A stretch of 64,000 bases of DNA from Octopus sinensis (Eukaryota), in the NCBI RefSeq assembly GCF_006345805.1, contig NC_043014.1, forward strand, positions 35,464,001-35,528,000. Direction: 5' to 3'. The notes below the pieces were generated by a model. It ran no database searches, was not told where the DNA came from, and saw nothing but the letters and a program-made list of their open reading frames with translations. The translations under genes and the position numbers were made by a program. Shown here in pieces: positions 40,834-55,600 of the stretch. Position 1 is the first letter of the stretch. The number at the start of each line of letters is the position of its first letter.

Positions 40834-41585
40834 AAATTAGAGATAAAACCACTATTAGGCAAATCAAACAGTGATTTAAATATTTATGTAATTAGATATA
40901 GACTATTACCGATATTAAATTATTGGTGGGTTTCCTACCTTATAAATCAAAATTAATATTTAACATTATAATTGATTTTGATATAATCATAATTGTTAAG
41001 TTTTAAGTTTCTAGTTTGATAATAGAGTTTATTATAAGTAAAATTATTATATTATTTATATCTTTAAAATATTGTTTAAATATTTCTGATTATTTGAAAA
41101 ATATTTCAATTAGCCTGAAGATTGACTGTAACCATAACTCAAATTATTAATTGAATTTAAATTATTGTTATTCGAATTGGTACAGCCATGAAACGATCGT
41201 AGTGTTTTACTCTTTATCTTTTATTAAACTTTTAATTCTTTTGATATATAAATAAAAAAATAAATAAAATAAATAAATAATTAATTAATTAATTAATAGA
41301 TAAAATAATATATAAATATAAAAATATACATACATACATATATATATATTTGTATATATATATATATAACATTTATAAGTTTAAATTATTTAAATGAATT
41401 TTTTATTTTTAACTTTTATATTTTTAAATTAATTTTATGTATTGGCTTATGTTTTTCACTGTTTGATTTGCCTAATAGTGGTTTTATCTCTAATTTAATA
41501 TAATATAATATATTTATACTATAAAATTGATTTAATCCTAAATCTCATTTTTCCCTGTAAGTTTGGATTTATTCCCTAATATTAT
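40834..41585. mobile_element. Foldback-type element related to the 29.8-kb element, with one internal HHR
   Basis: Terminal inverted repeats aaattagagataaaaccactattaggcaaatcaaacagtg / cactgtttgatttgcctaatagtggttttatctctaattt. Same 3' tail as the 29.8-kb copy; (TA)n flanks. Confidence 0.75.
41113..41204 (+). ncRNA. Type I hammerhead motif with long stem II
   Basis: CTGAAGA-ttgactgtaacca...tggtacagccat-GAAA-cgatcg-TA-gtg. Palindromic ACGATCGT; stem I eroded. Confidence 0.65.
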
Positions 41586-41588
41586 TAT

Positions 41589-41666
<78 letters not shown>

Positions 41667-41674
41667 GGGGATAT

Positions 41675-41729
<55 letters not shown>

Positions 41730-41807
41730 CAATTTAGCGTTAAACTGAAAGGCTACTCAATACTTTTTACTTGAGTGTATGTTTATAAATATTTAAGGAA
41801 GTTTCAT

Positions 41808-42323
41808 ATACGACGAATATTTCAAACGTTTTGAGACTTTTATTCTAATTTTATTATACATCTAATAAGCTGAACTGCCGACTTTTATTCTAGATTGAAG
41901 GAGACAGCTGAAACAGCACTTTGAACACATCCCACTAACCACTTGTCATAGCCCACTAAACACTTGTCATAGCCCACTAAACACTGTTTGTCACAATTAC
42001 ACTTGTCACAATTGTCACAATTACACTTGAGTAACCAACTACTTGACAAGCGATGGGCAACTAAAATGTTCCTCACCCTCAAGTGAAGGAGAATCACAGA
42101 GGCAATTGTTTTCAAGACATTGAGAAGATGAAGGCGGTTTTGAGAAGGATCCTGGACATCTTCACTCTGGAAGATTTCCATAGGGCCTTCTCGAAATGGC
42201 TGGAGCGCTACAAGTGCTTTGTAGTCAGAGGATCTTACTTTGAATTGAGTTAGAGTTTTGTACTTCTTTGAAATTAATAAATCTTTCCTGAAAAAGTTTC
42301 AAAACTTTGAAATGCACCGCGTA
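41808..42323 (+). mobile_element. Internally deleted mariner element
   Basis: Transposase C-terminus RGNCFQDIEKMKAVLRRILDIFTLEDFHRAFSKWLERYKCFVVRGSYFE at ~42100-42245. Degenerate TIRs; internal 21-bp tandem repeat cccactaaacacttgtcatag. Confidence 0.75.
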
Positions 42324-43804
42324 TATTTAAACCTGAATCTAAACAACAACCCAATTGGATCTTTGCTATTGTTTTCGACGTGGTCATGTTTGTCGTGGTC
42401 GTTGTAGATGTCTATGTTGTTGTTGCTCTTTGACTCCATGCCAACCTGGATTGGACAGGCCTATGATCAAATACATTCCAGTTGCGAGCATCTGAATTTC
42501 TTTATGCCCGGTAGGCACATACCCGTACCATACTTTCGAATATGTCTATTTTTTTCGTGACGTATATTTGCCATTTAAATATGGCTAACCCCTAAGGGTT
42601 GATGCTACTGTAGTTTGTAGCCCCAGGAGGACACCTCCTCCAGCTGGCTATAGACACACTTTCTGTGCCCTATCAGTATTTGCAAAAGGAAGCCATCCTT
42701 CCCGTCTCCAAACTGACGTGATACACACGGACCCGAGTTTCTGGGTATTGACCCGTCGTCGGCGTGTGACAATCACAGTTGTCGATAAAAAGTAGGTTCC
42801 CTTCACTAATACATATACTTTTTCCAGTATCATAAAGACACTGATATCGAAAAAGTGTAAACAAGCAATAATAAATCTTAGAAGATTTATTATTGCTGGT
42901 TTTTTTTGTTTTTTTTTTTTAAGTTGTTAGTGTCTGATTTGAGACATTTTTGCTGCTACTTCTTGAAGGTCGAGTTCCTTTAACTCTTCTGAAACTAGTG
43001 TTTGTATTAGTTAGTACTTTTATGAATAGATTAGAATAAGTATCGAGTAAAATTTTCTCATTTAACTAAATATTTATTACACTTACGAAAGGGGAATGAG
43101 GAAGGAGTATGCGCACTGTACTTAGCTATGTTTGACTGTTATGTAGGAGTTTTGGCCTCCATCTGGCACCGTATAACAGTACGAACACAAATTTATTATA
43201 ACTGTTGTTGTAAGTGTTATTTCTTCCTGAAAAAATATCAACTCTCAATGAAATGTTTGTAGAGGTTTCTTTTATTCATTATGGTCTTATCGTTCCATGA
43301 AAAATTCATTTTGGCACACGACAGACCGCACAGGAAGTTGCTCGTCCACCATGTTGTGTTTTCTTTTCCTTTTATATTTTCTTATTGTCGTTTGTTTTGT
43401 TGTTGCTGTTTTTTTTATTGTTTTACTTTTGATTTACCGCCTGCTTTCATGTTATTTATTTATTTTATATTTTACAATATATTTTAATGTTTTTACATTA
43501 GTAACCGCTTCCGTATAAACAGTAACATGTGGACATGTATTTCATTAAATCGTCTCCCCCATCTTTAATATTAATATTATTACCATCATTATATTGCCCC
43601 CTCCAACAAAAATGTGGCTTTTTGCCAATGCTGGGACTTATTGTTATTATTGTTGTTGTTCAGCACTCTTATTTTGATACGTGCTTTCACTAAATAGCTG
43701 AACCCATGTCTGTGTACTTTGAATACATGCTGGGCTTCCTTGTGTTTTTTTTATTGTATTACGAATGCTCTGCATAATATAAATATATATATATATATAT
43801 ATAT

Positions 43805-44105
43805 CATGTGACCGACCAGACCATCAGATGTTGCTACACATCGCTGGTCACAATGCGTTTTGCATTGTTTTAAGCCTTCGAACGACGCCACCCCGCTGGC
43901 TAAGCGAGCAGGCCAACAGAAGAAAGAGTGAGAGAAAGAGTGGTGAAAGAGTACAGCAGGGATCACCACCCCCTGCCGGAGCCTCGTGGAGCTTTTTTTT
44001 AGGTGTTTTCGCTCAATAAACACACACAACGCCCGGTCTGGGAATCGAAACCGCAATCCTCCGACCGCGAGTCCGCTGCCCTAACCACTGGGCCATTGCG
44101 CCTCC
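43805..44105 (-). mobile_element. tRNA-derived SINE, family C
   Basis: Minus-strand head ggaggcgcaatggcccagtggttagggcagcg..ggtttcgattccc (A and B boxes). Fragments at 11329-11365 and 28548-28650. Confidence 0.85.
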
Positions 44106-44117
44106 ACACACACACAC

Positions 44118-44149
<32 letters not shown>

Positions 44150-44325
44150 GAGAGAGAGAGAAATTCTATATCGAGTGAAAAAACGGTATGGACGTTTTGT
44201 TTTGGTGTCTCGCTTTGCTATATACGACTATGAGGATTTGCATCCCCAACGAAACTCGTTTTTTTCCAAAACTTCTTCTCAAACCTGCTGTAATGTAATA
44301 CATGTCTTTGGTGTGGTAATTGTGC

Positions 44326-44412
44326 GCGGCTGAAGAAGGCTATTGACATACATGTTACATCAATTATACATTGATATAAACTGTCCAATAAAGCCAGAAA
44401 CATATGTACCGC
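44326..44412 (+). ncRNA. Type I hammerhead ribozyme with extended stem II
   Basis: gcgg-CTGAAGA-aggctattgaca...atcaat/attgat...tgtccaataaagcca-GAAA-catatg-TA-ccgc. Perfect stem I, palindromic ACATATGT, GUA site. Confidence 0.8.
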
Positions 44413-44442
44413 TAAATCCTTTGCATCCTGTTTTTCTTTTGA

Positions 44443-44485
<43 letters not shown>

Positions 44486-44537
44486 GTGTGTCTGTGTGTG
44501 TGTGTGTCTGTGTGTGTGTGTGTTGTGTGTGTGTGTG

Positions 44538-44571
<34 letters not shown>

Positions 44572-46162
44572 GTGTAGAACATGTATAAGTCCGAGGTTTA
44601 TGGTATATAGCTGTCTGCAATTTTTTTTAATCATTCCCGAGATTGTATCTGTTCTCAGTCCCCACATTTTAGTTAGCTCTCAAGAATCATAGGTCCTTCA
44701 CGAGTCATAGGCTAATAAGGCCGGTTTCCCGGATTCTCTGGCACAAATACCCCTCCCCCATCGTCGATGGGGCACTGGTTCGTCGCAAGGTTACTCAGTT
44801 TTTGCCAAATGAATTGGAGCAATGTGAAATGAAGTGTTTTGCTCAAGAACACAACGCATCGACCGGTCCAATAATCGAAACCACAGTCCTATGAGCATGA
44901 AGACAACATCTTAACTACTAGTTATTCTTAATTCTAAATAATCATAATTTCTAAATTTCATTTAGATTTACATTATCGTCTGTTGGAACTGATAATACGA
45001 TCAACTGGAACTTTCTTTCTTGGTGGTTTCTATCAGCAATATCGGATTGATTTATTCGTATCTTGATCTCTGTGTTTGAATACAATGATAAATATGAGAG
45101 TATGGTTTCTTTATCATTTTCTGATGGCCATCTCTATCTCGATGATACAGGGCTATCCATCTCCTCAGGTGAATAGATACGTTTACAAGTGCGTTCTGTT
45201 TGATATATGCTATCACTTTCTCTATTGGTATTTTATGATAATGAGATAACTTCCATTTACTGAAAACCCTAGTCTCTTGATATATACATGTAAATGTATG
45301 TATATATGTATGTATGCTTGTGTGTGTTAGAGTGTGCGTGTTTATGTGTGGATGTGTGTGTGTTTGTTTGTGTGTATGTATGTGTGTTAATGTATTACGT
45401 ACGTACGCATGTATGTATGTGTGTATATGTGCAGATTTGTATGCTTTATTTTATGTAAGTATTCTAATGTATCTGTACATTATACATGCATACATAGTAT
45501 GTATGCATGTATTTTGTCTTCGATAAAACTAGCCAGTTCGATGCAAAATGATTGATTGATTCTTTCTACCCTCGAAAAATACTGCAGTTTTATATTAATA
45601 TAAATTTGGTAGTCTGTCTTTGAAAGGCGTTTTCTGTTTTCCCCTTTGTTTAGTTTTTCGGGCATTAGAGAATGTTCTCGCTATTGTTTTAGCATAATAT
45701 TCTATAACTCTTTTTCAGTTCATTTACTTATTTTGTCTTCGCCATTGTTTGGTTTTTCATCCACTGTTTTATATTCGTAGACTTCGTTGAAGAAGAGAGA
45801 AAACCGCCCCTTTTTATATTTCGTACAAGCTCTGTAGTTATTTGTATTAGTTTCTCCTTTTCTTTTTTAGACATCTTATATCTACCAAGTTGCAGAAGGA
45901 GCTTACCTCCCTGCATTCGATAATCATTAAGTACCAGATTTCGGGTGGAGTTTTCTAAAAGTAGTCATTATCTTTTTTCTCTTCCGGTATAGGCATGTTA
46001 ATTTGCTCAGCCCCCAGTTGAGAATAGTATAACTATATTATATTATAACTAGAATCTTACGCTACCAGTTCACTTTATCTCAACGTCACAGCTGTTCGGA
46101 GGCACAACGTAAATTTCATAGAAGACCTGAAAAATAAAAAATAAAGAAAGGAATAAAAAATA

Positions 46163-46208
46163 TTTTGCTGATGAGAAAGTAGATGTTACCTTGAAACACT
46201 GTATATTT
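46163..46208 (+). ncRNA. Possible decayed hammerhead motif
   Basis: CTGATGA-gaaagta(gatgt)tacctt-GAAA-cactg-TA. Core and stems II and III present; stem I poor. Confidence 0.4.
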
Positions 46209-47063
46209 CTTCCCAAATCTGTCTCTGTCAAACTCCCAACTTTGACCAGTGTGAAATATTTTCAAGAGAAAGTTTACGATTCTGGTTATGGATAAAGAAG
46301 ACTGTGGGAACAAATTTAGCAATTTTTCGCAAAATATGTACCCTTTTGCCAAGTTATAACAAAAAGTTAGTGAAATATTTAAAATGTTTACAGTTGGATA
46401 GATAGATAAATATAACAAAATAATTTGACAAAAAATGTGAATTTTTAATAATTTTCTGAGATTTTAAAAAAACAACAAAAATATTATTAAAAAAACAAAA
46501 AATATTATTAAAAAAAAGAGTAGATGAATGACGTCCTTCACAGATCTGAGGAGCGTAGATTGTTGATGAAAATATCAGTAGTTTATCAACTGATATGGCG
46601 ATTCTTTTCAGAGATGTGGAGGAGTTCTGCGTTGTGCTCAAGCCCGAGGTGTTGTAAGAACCTTAGAGAGCCGAATAAAAATGATCGTTTCATTCGTTTT
46701 TATTTACATATATTTAGATATCATTTTATCGACCAGTCCATTGGGTGTTGTTATACACCGCTACTCACAATTCGCTTTCCCGAATTGGTTATAGCTTGCG
46801 AATGAGCCACACCGCTGGTTAGGCGGACAGGTCAACATTCCCCTAAATGAAACGTCATTTGCACGCAGAGAATTCCATTTATGTATGTATGTATGTATGT
46901 ATGTATGTATGTATGTATGTATGTATGTATAGATAGATAGATAGATATTGCTAGATATAGAAACATATCTATTACATATACATACATACATACATACATA
47001 CATACATACATACATACGTATATAAACACGCACATCGCACACAAACACGAGCACAGACGTATA

Positions 47064-47280
47064 TATTTCTTTATTACCCACAAGGAGCTAAACATAGAGG
47101 GGGCAAACAAGAACAGACAAAGGGATTAAGTCGATTACATCGACCCCCCCCCCGTGCGAAACTGGTACTTTATTTATCGACCCCGAAAGGATGAAAAGTA
47201 AAGTCGACCTCGGCGGAATTTGAACTCAGAACGTAACGACAGACGAAATACCGCTAAGCATTTCGCCCGGCGCGCTAACG
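47064..47280 (-). mobile_element. SINE family B
   Basis: Homologous to family B; flanked by the direct repeat gag(c/t)acagacgtata, a probable target-site duplication. Confidence 0.85.
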
Positions 47281-47938
47281 AGTACAGACGTATAGTCGCA
47301 TTTGCTCGCTGGGGACGTTAATTAGCCACCTATCGGAATCATTTTGCATTGTGCTCTCGTCTCATCACGATGTACCTTCTCATCATCGCTTCTAAATGTC
47401 CATTTTGTGCTTATGGGCCTATACAGCGGAAGCTGGAGGTGCTGAAGGGCATCTCACTCGAGTTCGAATGCTGAGGGAGTGCGTCAGCATATGCCGAAGA
47501 CTCACTATAACGGTGACAAACATATCGGAAATTGAAGTGGTTGGCACCATACTGACGGTACAAGACTTTGTAACAAGAGCACTTATTAACCAAGGGAAGG
47601 CGGCGGGCTTGCTGGTTTCTAAAATTATCTTGTGGAGAGTACAGATGGCAAGGGTGGAAGAGAGGATTTTAGTGTATAAAACCTGGTTGAGGGAGAATGC
47701 GCTTTAATATCTTAATCGAAATAGATGTATGGATATTTGAACAGATGTTGTTTCAATCTTCAAACGCAACACTAATCCCGCCCCATCTCTGCTCACCACC
47801 CGTTCGCACCCTACTTCCCACTGACGTAATTAGAATATCGGGTGGGGAGTGGATGGGAGTGATCCATACGTCCGCACGAAGCTGCTCAACAGTGAAGTAT
47901 AATACACCTTCTTTAGTTAATATACTCCCGATTCAGCC

Positions 47939-47994
<56 letters not shown>

Positions 47995-48160
47995 CTATCT
48001 ATCTATCTATCTATCTGTCTGTCTGTCTGTCAGTCTGCCTGTCTGTCTGTCTGTCTGTCTTTCTGTCTATCTGTCTTTCTGTCCGTTTGTCTGTCCGTCT
48101 GTCTGTCTGTCTATTTATCTAGCTGTCTATTTGTCTGAGTGTGGGTTTTTCGACAGCGAG

Positions 48161-48229
<69 letters not shown>

Positions 48230-48254
48230 AAGACAGAGAGAGAGAGAAAGACAA

Positions 48255-48285
<31 letters not shown>

Positions 48286-48613
48286 AAAGAGAGAGCGCGA
48301 CAGACACGGACAGACAGAGACCGACGTCGAAATTGAGTACTATAACTTAATTACATATTACCTATTTATAGCTAAGTGGACTCCATCTCAACATGATACC
48401 TACGAGTAATAATTAGGTAAATGGTATTTCTATATGGTGCTTCAGGACCATCTCTATTTACATTTTTTTTTACTTCTACCTTTACAGTTTACTGACTGGG
48501 TTTAACTCTACTTCCGCGCGTTACCTATTTAGCACTGATTAAATATCTTTAGTTAATAAAATTATACATATATGTTTTATTGGTAATTATATGGTTGTGT
48601 GGTAAAACGTTTG

Positions 48614-49043
48614 CGGCGAGCTGGCAGAAATGTTAGCACGCCGGGCGAAATGCTTAGCGGTATTTCGTCCGGCGCTACGTTCTGAGTTCAAATTGCCTTT
48701 CATCCTTTCGGGGTCGATAAATTAAGAACCAGTAACGCGCTGGGGTCGATGTAATCGACTTAATCCCTTTGTCTGTCCTTGTTTGTCCCCTCTATGTTTA
48801 ACCCGTTGTGGGTAATAAAGAAATAAGAAACGTTAGCACGGCGGGTGAAATACTTAGCGAAATTTTGTCTGCCGCTACGTTCTGAGTTCAAATTCCGCCG
48901 AGGTCGACTTTGCCTTTTATCCTTTCGGGGTCGATAAATTAAGTACCAGTTACGCACTGGAGTCGATGTAATCGACTTAATCCCTTTGCCTGTCCTTGTT
49001 TGTCCACTCTATGTTTAGCCCCTTGTGGGCAATAAAGAAATAA
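48614..49043 (+). mobile_element. Head-to-tail dimer of SINE family B inserted in a family A head
   Basis: Copies at 48614-48825 and 48826-49043; family A resumes at aagtttgcgtcccaaccac. Confidence 0.85.
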
Positions 49044-51151
49044 GAAGTTTGCGTCCCAACCACATAGTTCCGAGTTCCTTGTGCAAGTGTCTTCTTCTAT
49101 ACCGTTGGGCGGACCAAAGCCTTGTGAGTGGATTTGGTAGGAGAAAAGCAAATGTCGAATATTAATTTGACTCTGTCATGGACATGTTTCGCTGGCATTA
49201 GATCTGTCCATGGTAAGGGATTAAACCTCTACAAAAATTCTGGAGGGAGGGACCGAGAGGCAAATATGTACGGTTGTATTGAACCAATATCTTGCACATG
49301 CCTGCGGCTACATAAATCCTGTGAACGTATTGATTTGACTTTCCTTTGAGACGAATCCTTGACTGACGAAGTGGGGCATGAGTGACGAATCCATGAATGA
49401 CGAGGTGGGGCAAGGTAGTTGCTTCAGAAAACATCCCTAGCACAGTAGAGGTGGCTAAGTTACTGTCTTTGCAATACAGCCGACAAATGCAGGCGTGGCT
49501 CTGTGGTAAGGAGCTTGCTTCCTAACGAGGTGACTTCAGGTTCTGTCCCACTGCGTGTCACCTTGGGCAAGTGTCTTCTACAATAGCCTCGGGCTATATG
49601 TATCCTTTATCATTTATTTGTTTCAGCCATTTGATTGCGGCGATGCTGGGGTAGTCCTCCACCACTACTTGACAACCGGTGTTGGTGTGTTTACGTCTCG
49701 TAACTTTTTAGTTCAGCAAAAGAAACCGATAGAATAAATACCAGACTTAAAAAATATAAGTAGTGCGGCTGATTCATTTCAGTAAAAAACATTCTTCGAG
49801 GCAGTGCCCCAGTATGGCCGCAATCTAATGGACAAAACAAGGAAAAGATAAATGTTAAAAGATAGACGATGGAAAAGGCCAACCAGATCTTTTCAGTGAA
49901 GTACAAACGCCCACTTTCTGACCAAACACTTGTTGAATAATAGAATTATAGAAATGTTAAAAAAAGAAACTATAGTTCCACGCCAGCCACCATGAAAAAG
50001 AATACATAACTCTGTACTATCATATCTAAAGCAGAAAGAATATATATCATTTAACACTATCCAACAATGTTTTCTCATCACAGAAAGAAAAAACTGTGCC
50101 TAATCTAACTCCATATGTTATCTATATAAAATAATTGATCTGCCTTTGTATGGTACATATTTATGGCTTGATATATGTAGCAATGAAATTGCAGATTGTC
50201 GAATCGTTAGGGTAACGGAGCGACAGCCAACTCATTGGCTCATATCCTTTCACTGCCGATATTTCAGGTTTCTGCACAATATATTTAATTTACAAATGAC
50301 CCGGTGCATCAAGCTGTAAATGGATAACAGAAGGGGAAAATCAAGACAAGAGGATTAAGAGGATTCGGCTGGATAGTTGAAGGTGATAGAAAGATTTTCA
50401 ATACTTGTAGCTGTATCAGTGAGTGACCCAAACTGTTTGCGCATTTGGCATAAATGTGTGCCTGGTGGAGAGCTTGGTGGAGTGAAAAGAGATAGTTTTG
50501 GATTCGATTTACCAAGTATGTGCTGTGTTGTGAAGTGAATGAAAAGGCGATTTCACAAAGTTTACTTTTCGTAGCTTACACCACGTTAATAAACCCACGC
50601 AGTGGGACTGAACCTAGAAGCAAGCTCCTTACCACAGAGCCACGCCTGCATTTATCGGCTGTATTGCAAAGACAGTAACTTAGCCACCTTTACTGTGCTT
50701 GGGATATTTCCTGAAGCAACTACCTTGCCCCACTTCGTCACTCATGCCCCTATTCGTCACTCAAGAATTTATCTCGAAGGAAAGTCAAGTCAATACGTTC
50801 GTAAACCTGCTAGTGCTAATTATCTAGTTTCTCGGTAGAATTCTATTTAGGATGTAAGTGTTGTCTAGCAATGTTCTTCACCCTAGTTTTTGTTTTGAGT
50901 ACATGACAAACCAAAGTTAGGCAAAAAAGATCATTAGCTGATAAGAGAATTTCTCTATATAGAATGATGCAAAATAGAAAAAAAAAAAGAATTGTCTGAG
51001 GAATATTTATTAATAGCAAAATACTCATCAAAAATTCATTCACAAGCATATGATCCGTGCCATAAATGTTGAAAGTAACTTGGAGTTAACTGTTGAATTG
51101 CTATGATGTACTATACAACATATCAATAGGATTTTAACCTTTTTTTTTTCA

Positions 51152-51481
51152 TAGGAGCACTCCGTGGGTTACGACGACGAGGGTCCCAGCTGATACGATC
51201 AACGGAACAGCTTGCTTGTGAAATTAACGTGTAAGTGGCTGAGCACTCCACAAACACGTGTACCCTTAACGTAGTTCTCGGGGAGATTCAGCGTGACACA
51301 GTGTGTAACAAGGCTGGCCCTTTGAAATACAGGTACTACTCATTTTTTTTACCAGCTGAGTGGACTGGAGCAACGGGAAATAAAGCGTCTTGCTCAAGGA
51401 CACAACGCGCTGCCGGGAATCGAACTCACGACCTTACGATCATGAGCCGAATGACCCTAACCACTAAGCCACGCGCCTTCA
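51152..51481 (-). mobile_element. SINE with family D-like head and a third tail type
   Basis: Minus-strand head gaaggcgcgtggcttagtggttaggg..gagttcgattcccgg. Confidence 0.85.
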
Positions 51482-51856
51482 CAGGATTTTAACCAAACTG
51501 TTGGTTACGATGATTGAGTACTGAACAACTGAGCCAGAATGTGTGTGGAACAGATACACGTGAGTTACGATTCTTACTAGAAGTTGTCAGTAACTGTGTA
51601 CCATTTCCACCTATCCACAACCCACTACTTATAAACTCGTATTAAGAGTGAAAATAAACTGGATAGATCAGTTTACATATTTAGCATTTTTCTAGGCAAC
51701 GAGGTCGAACATTATATTACTGGTGTAAACAAGAAGTAAAAAATGGTGAAGTTACCTTCTCGAGTTATACCGACTCATAAGGGCCGGTTTCCCGGTTTCA
51801 TAGCGTATGTATCCACCACCTCTGTCTTCTCTTCTCTGGATCTTTCCTTCTCCTAT

Positions 51857-51891
51857 GTTTCCGACGAAGAGCTCCGCTCGAAACGTTAAAC
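51857..51891 (+). ncRNA. Ultra-minimal type I hammerhead motif (U4C, extra A after core)
   Basis: gttt-CCGACGA-a-gagc(tcc)gctc-GAAA-cg-TT-aaac. Palindromic AACGTT; lies in a pyrimidine-rich ~175-bp segment ending at (TA)n. Confidence 0.7.
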
Positions 51892-52007
51892 CCTCCTTCT
51901 TTCCTTCTTTCCTTCTTTCCTGAGCGTCCAATAATACTATATTTGTTCCACGTCCTCGCGTTGTTGTGTTTTTTTGTGCTTTCATGTTTGGATTAACTTT
52001 ATATATA

Positions 52008-52425
52008 CTCTTTTACTCTTTTACTCTTTTACTTGTTTCAGTCATTTGACTGCGGCCATGCTGGAGCACCGCATTTAATCGAGCAACTCGACCCCGAGAC
52101 TTATTCTTTTGTAAGCCCAGTACTTATTCTATCGGTATCTTTTGCCGAACCGCTAAGTAACGGGGATGTAAACACACCAGCATCGGTTGTCAAGCAATGC
52201 TAGGGGGACAAACACAGACACACAAAAACACACACGCATATATATATATATACACATATATACGACGGGCTTCTTTCAGTTTCCGTCTACCAAATCCACT
52301 CACAAGGCTTTGGTCGGCCCGAGGCTATAGTAGAAGACACTTGCCCAAGATGCCACGCAGTGGGACTGAACCCGGAACCATGTGGTTGGTAAGCAAGCTA
52401 CTTACCACACAGCCACTCCTGCGCC
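52008..52425 (-). mobile_element. SINE family A (full length, low divergence)
   Basis: Complete head and (agtaaaag)n tail. Confidence 0.9.
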
Positions 52426-52752
52426 CATATATATATTAGAAAAAATAGGGTACTCAGAAATCTAGATTCACAGATTTTTATAAATATGTCACATGCTTTA
52501 ATAAATCATATATTAGCGCTTGCATAAGCGCTAATATATGGTTTATAAAATCTTTCCACCGAACGTCCAGCTAATACGTTCCTTGTGCACATCCTCTTGT
52601 TAATCTTATTCGTTTATTTGAATTGACTATATATATATATACATACACACTCACACTCATACCCACACACATATATATATGTAACACACATACACACACG
52701 CGTGCGCACATGCACACCCACTTTTGCATACGTTTATTTATCTATCTGTCTG

Positions 52753-52805
<53 letters not shown>

Positions 52806-52868
52806 ATCTATCTATATATATATATATCTATCTATCTACCTCTCTGTCGGTATCTTTGTGTGTGTGTG

Positions 52869-52900
<32 letters not shown>

Positions 52901-52911
52901 CAGAGAGAGAG

Positions 52912-53016
<105 letters not shown>

Positions 53017-53904
53017 TAGATATAGATATACATATACATATAAGAACAATTTTTCTTTCAACATGTATTGAAGACACCAATGTGTTCTAGTTTAATCTAT
53101 TTATTAGTGATTTTTCATAATTTCTTTATAAATCTTATGTTTACTTTGGAAATGTAACACATATACACGCACAAGCAACACACACACATACATCGTTATA
53201 TATGCGTGTATGTACATATTTGTGTGTATTTTGGGGTACGTATGTGTATCTATTAGTCACTCTGTATGTGTGTGTGTGTGTGTATCTATAAGTCACTGTG
53301 TGGGTGTGTGTGTGTGAGCGCGAAATTGCAGTGTGCCCCCAGATCGTATAAGAGATACGATATTTATCAAATTAATGGAAAAGTATTGTATACACTGTCC
53401 ACATTTTCCTATAGTTCTCTAAACACACAACACAGATTTGTTATCTGTAAGGTCAACTTATAGATAGCTCTTCTAGGCAGTTAGCTTGCCTACAGGAAGC
53501 TAAGTTTCAGCTTCTCCAGCGCGGAACGCCTTCGGTGTTCGGATGGGAAACTAGTTAAGCGGGATAAGACGGTGGTGGGATAGTCATAACAAATAAACGA
53601 TGGGTGGTCTTAAATGAGGAAATTAGATTAGGATCGCTTAGATTTTGTGAAGAATCAGATTCAGCGAAACTGTAAGTTACAGCCGAGTTAGGAGATAGAT
53701 TAGAAACAGCCTTGTACGAAAGACATCACGGTCGAAGTACAAAGAACCAGCAACGCCTATTGACTATTTCTTTATACGGGTCGATTCTTCTGAGATCGAT
53801 GAAAGTGCTTACACTTCTATCACCCTTGGATTCTGCGCAGTTTTTGCGAATGGCAGCTCTCATATTTTCACCATCGTGTCGGCGTCGTCACTACCGTTTT
53901 TACT

Positions 53905-54692
<788 letters not shown>

Positions 54693-54776
54693 AAAAGTAG
54701 CTTTTCCGAAACCAACAAAGTCATATTTAAGGACAAGAACAAATTCGGAAACCATTTTACGCAATGAAACATAATT

Positions 54777-54807
<31 letters not shown>

Positions 54808-55485
54808 GCGCAAGATCACATACTTTTGATGACAGTTCAGGGGGATATAATCGATTGATTCAACCCCTAAATACATACAACGCAGGGCCCTTATTCCAAT
54901 CGTCACATGGAAGATTAAAAAAGCAACAATGATCTCAGTAGGTTTTTCAACCCAGATTGAAAAAGGACCATAAATAAACGACACGAGCCATTTAAGTTAC
55001 GCACCTAACTAGCGAGTCTAGCGTTATTTATCGGCAGAAATATTATTTCTAATAATACTTTTCTTATAGATGCTAAAGTGTTGTTGTTGCTCTTACTGGC
55101 CTTGCTAGAAGTCATAAATCATTATGAAAATATTTTTGTAATCACTGCTTGGAACCTCCACGTTTTCTTGTTGAAAGATCCTGATATACATACATGCATG
55201 CAGGCATCCGTATCCAGCCATCCCTCTCTCTATATATATATATATGTGTGCCTTTGTGTGTGGGGGTGGGGGTGTAAGTGTGTGTGTACAGGTGCGTGTG
55301 TGCGCGTGTGTGTGTATGTGTGAGTGTGAGAGAGTGTGTGTACTTGTGTCTGTGTGAGTGTGTGTACTTGTGTGTGCGTATGTGTGTGTGTATGTGTTTG
55401 CGGGCATGTGTGTATATATGTGTGTTTCTAATGTTTGTGTATGTGTGTATATATATATGTATATATATATGTGTGTATAGATATA

Positions 55486-55542
<57 letters not shown>

Positions 55543-55567
55543 GTGCGTATATATATATATATGTATG

Positions 55568-55600
<33 letters not shown>

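Noticed and set aside
41931-42030. Short direct repeats that might suggest a CRISPR-like array
   Set aside because: Contiguous tandem copies with no unique spacers, inside a mariner derivative in eukaryotic DNA.
44030-44105. tRNA-like sequences at SINE heads as true tRNA genes
   Set aside because: Each continues directly into a repeated SINE body, and I could not fold a complete cloverleaf.
47396-47707. 103-aa ORF in complex sequence
   Set aside because: No motif or splice evidence; possibly a decayed retroelement on the other strand.
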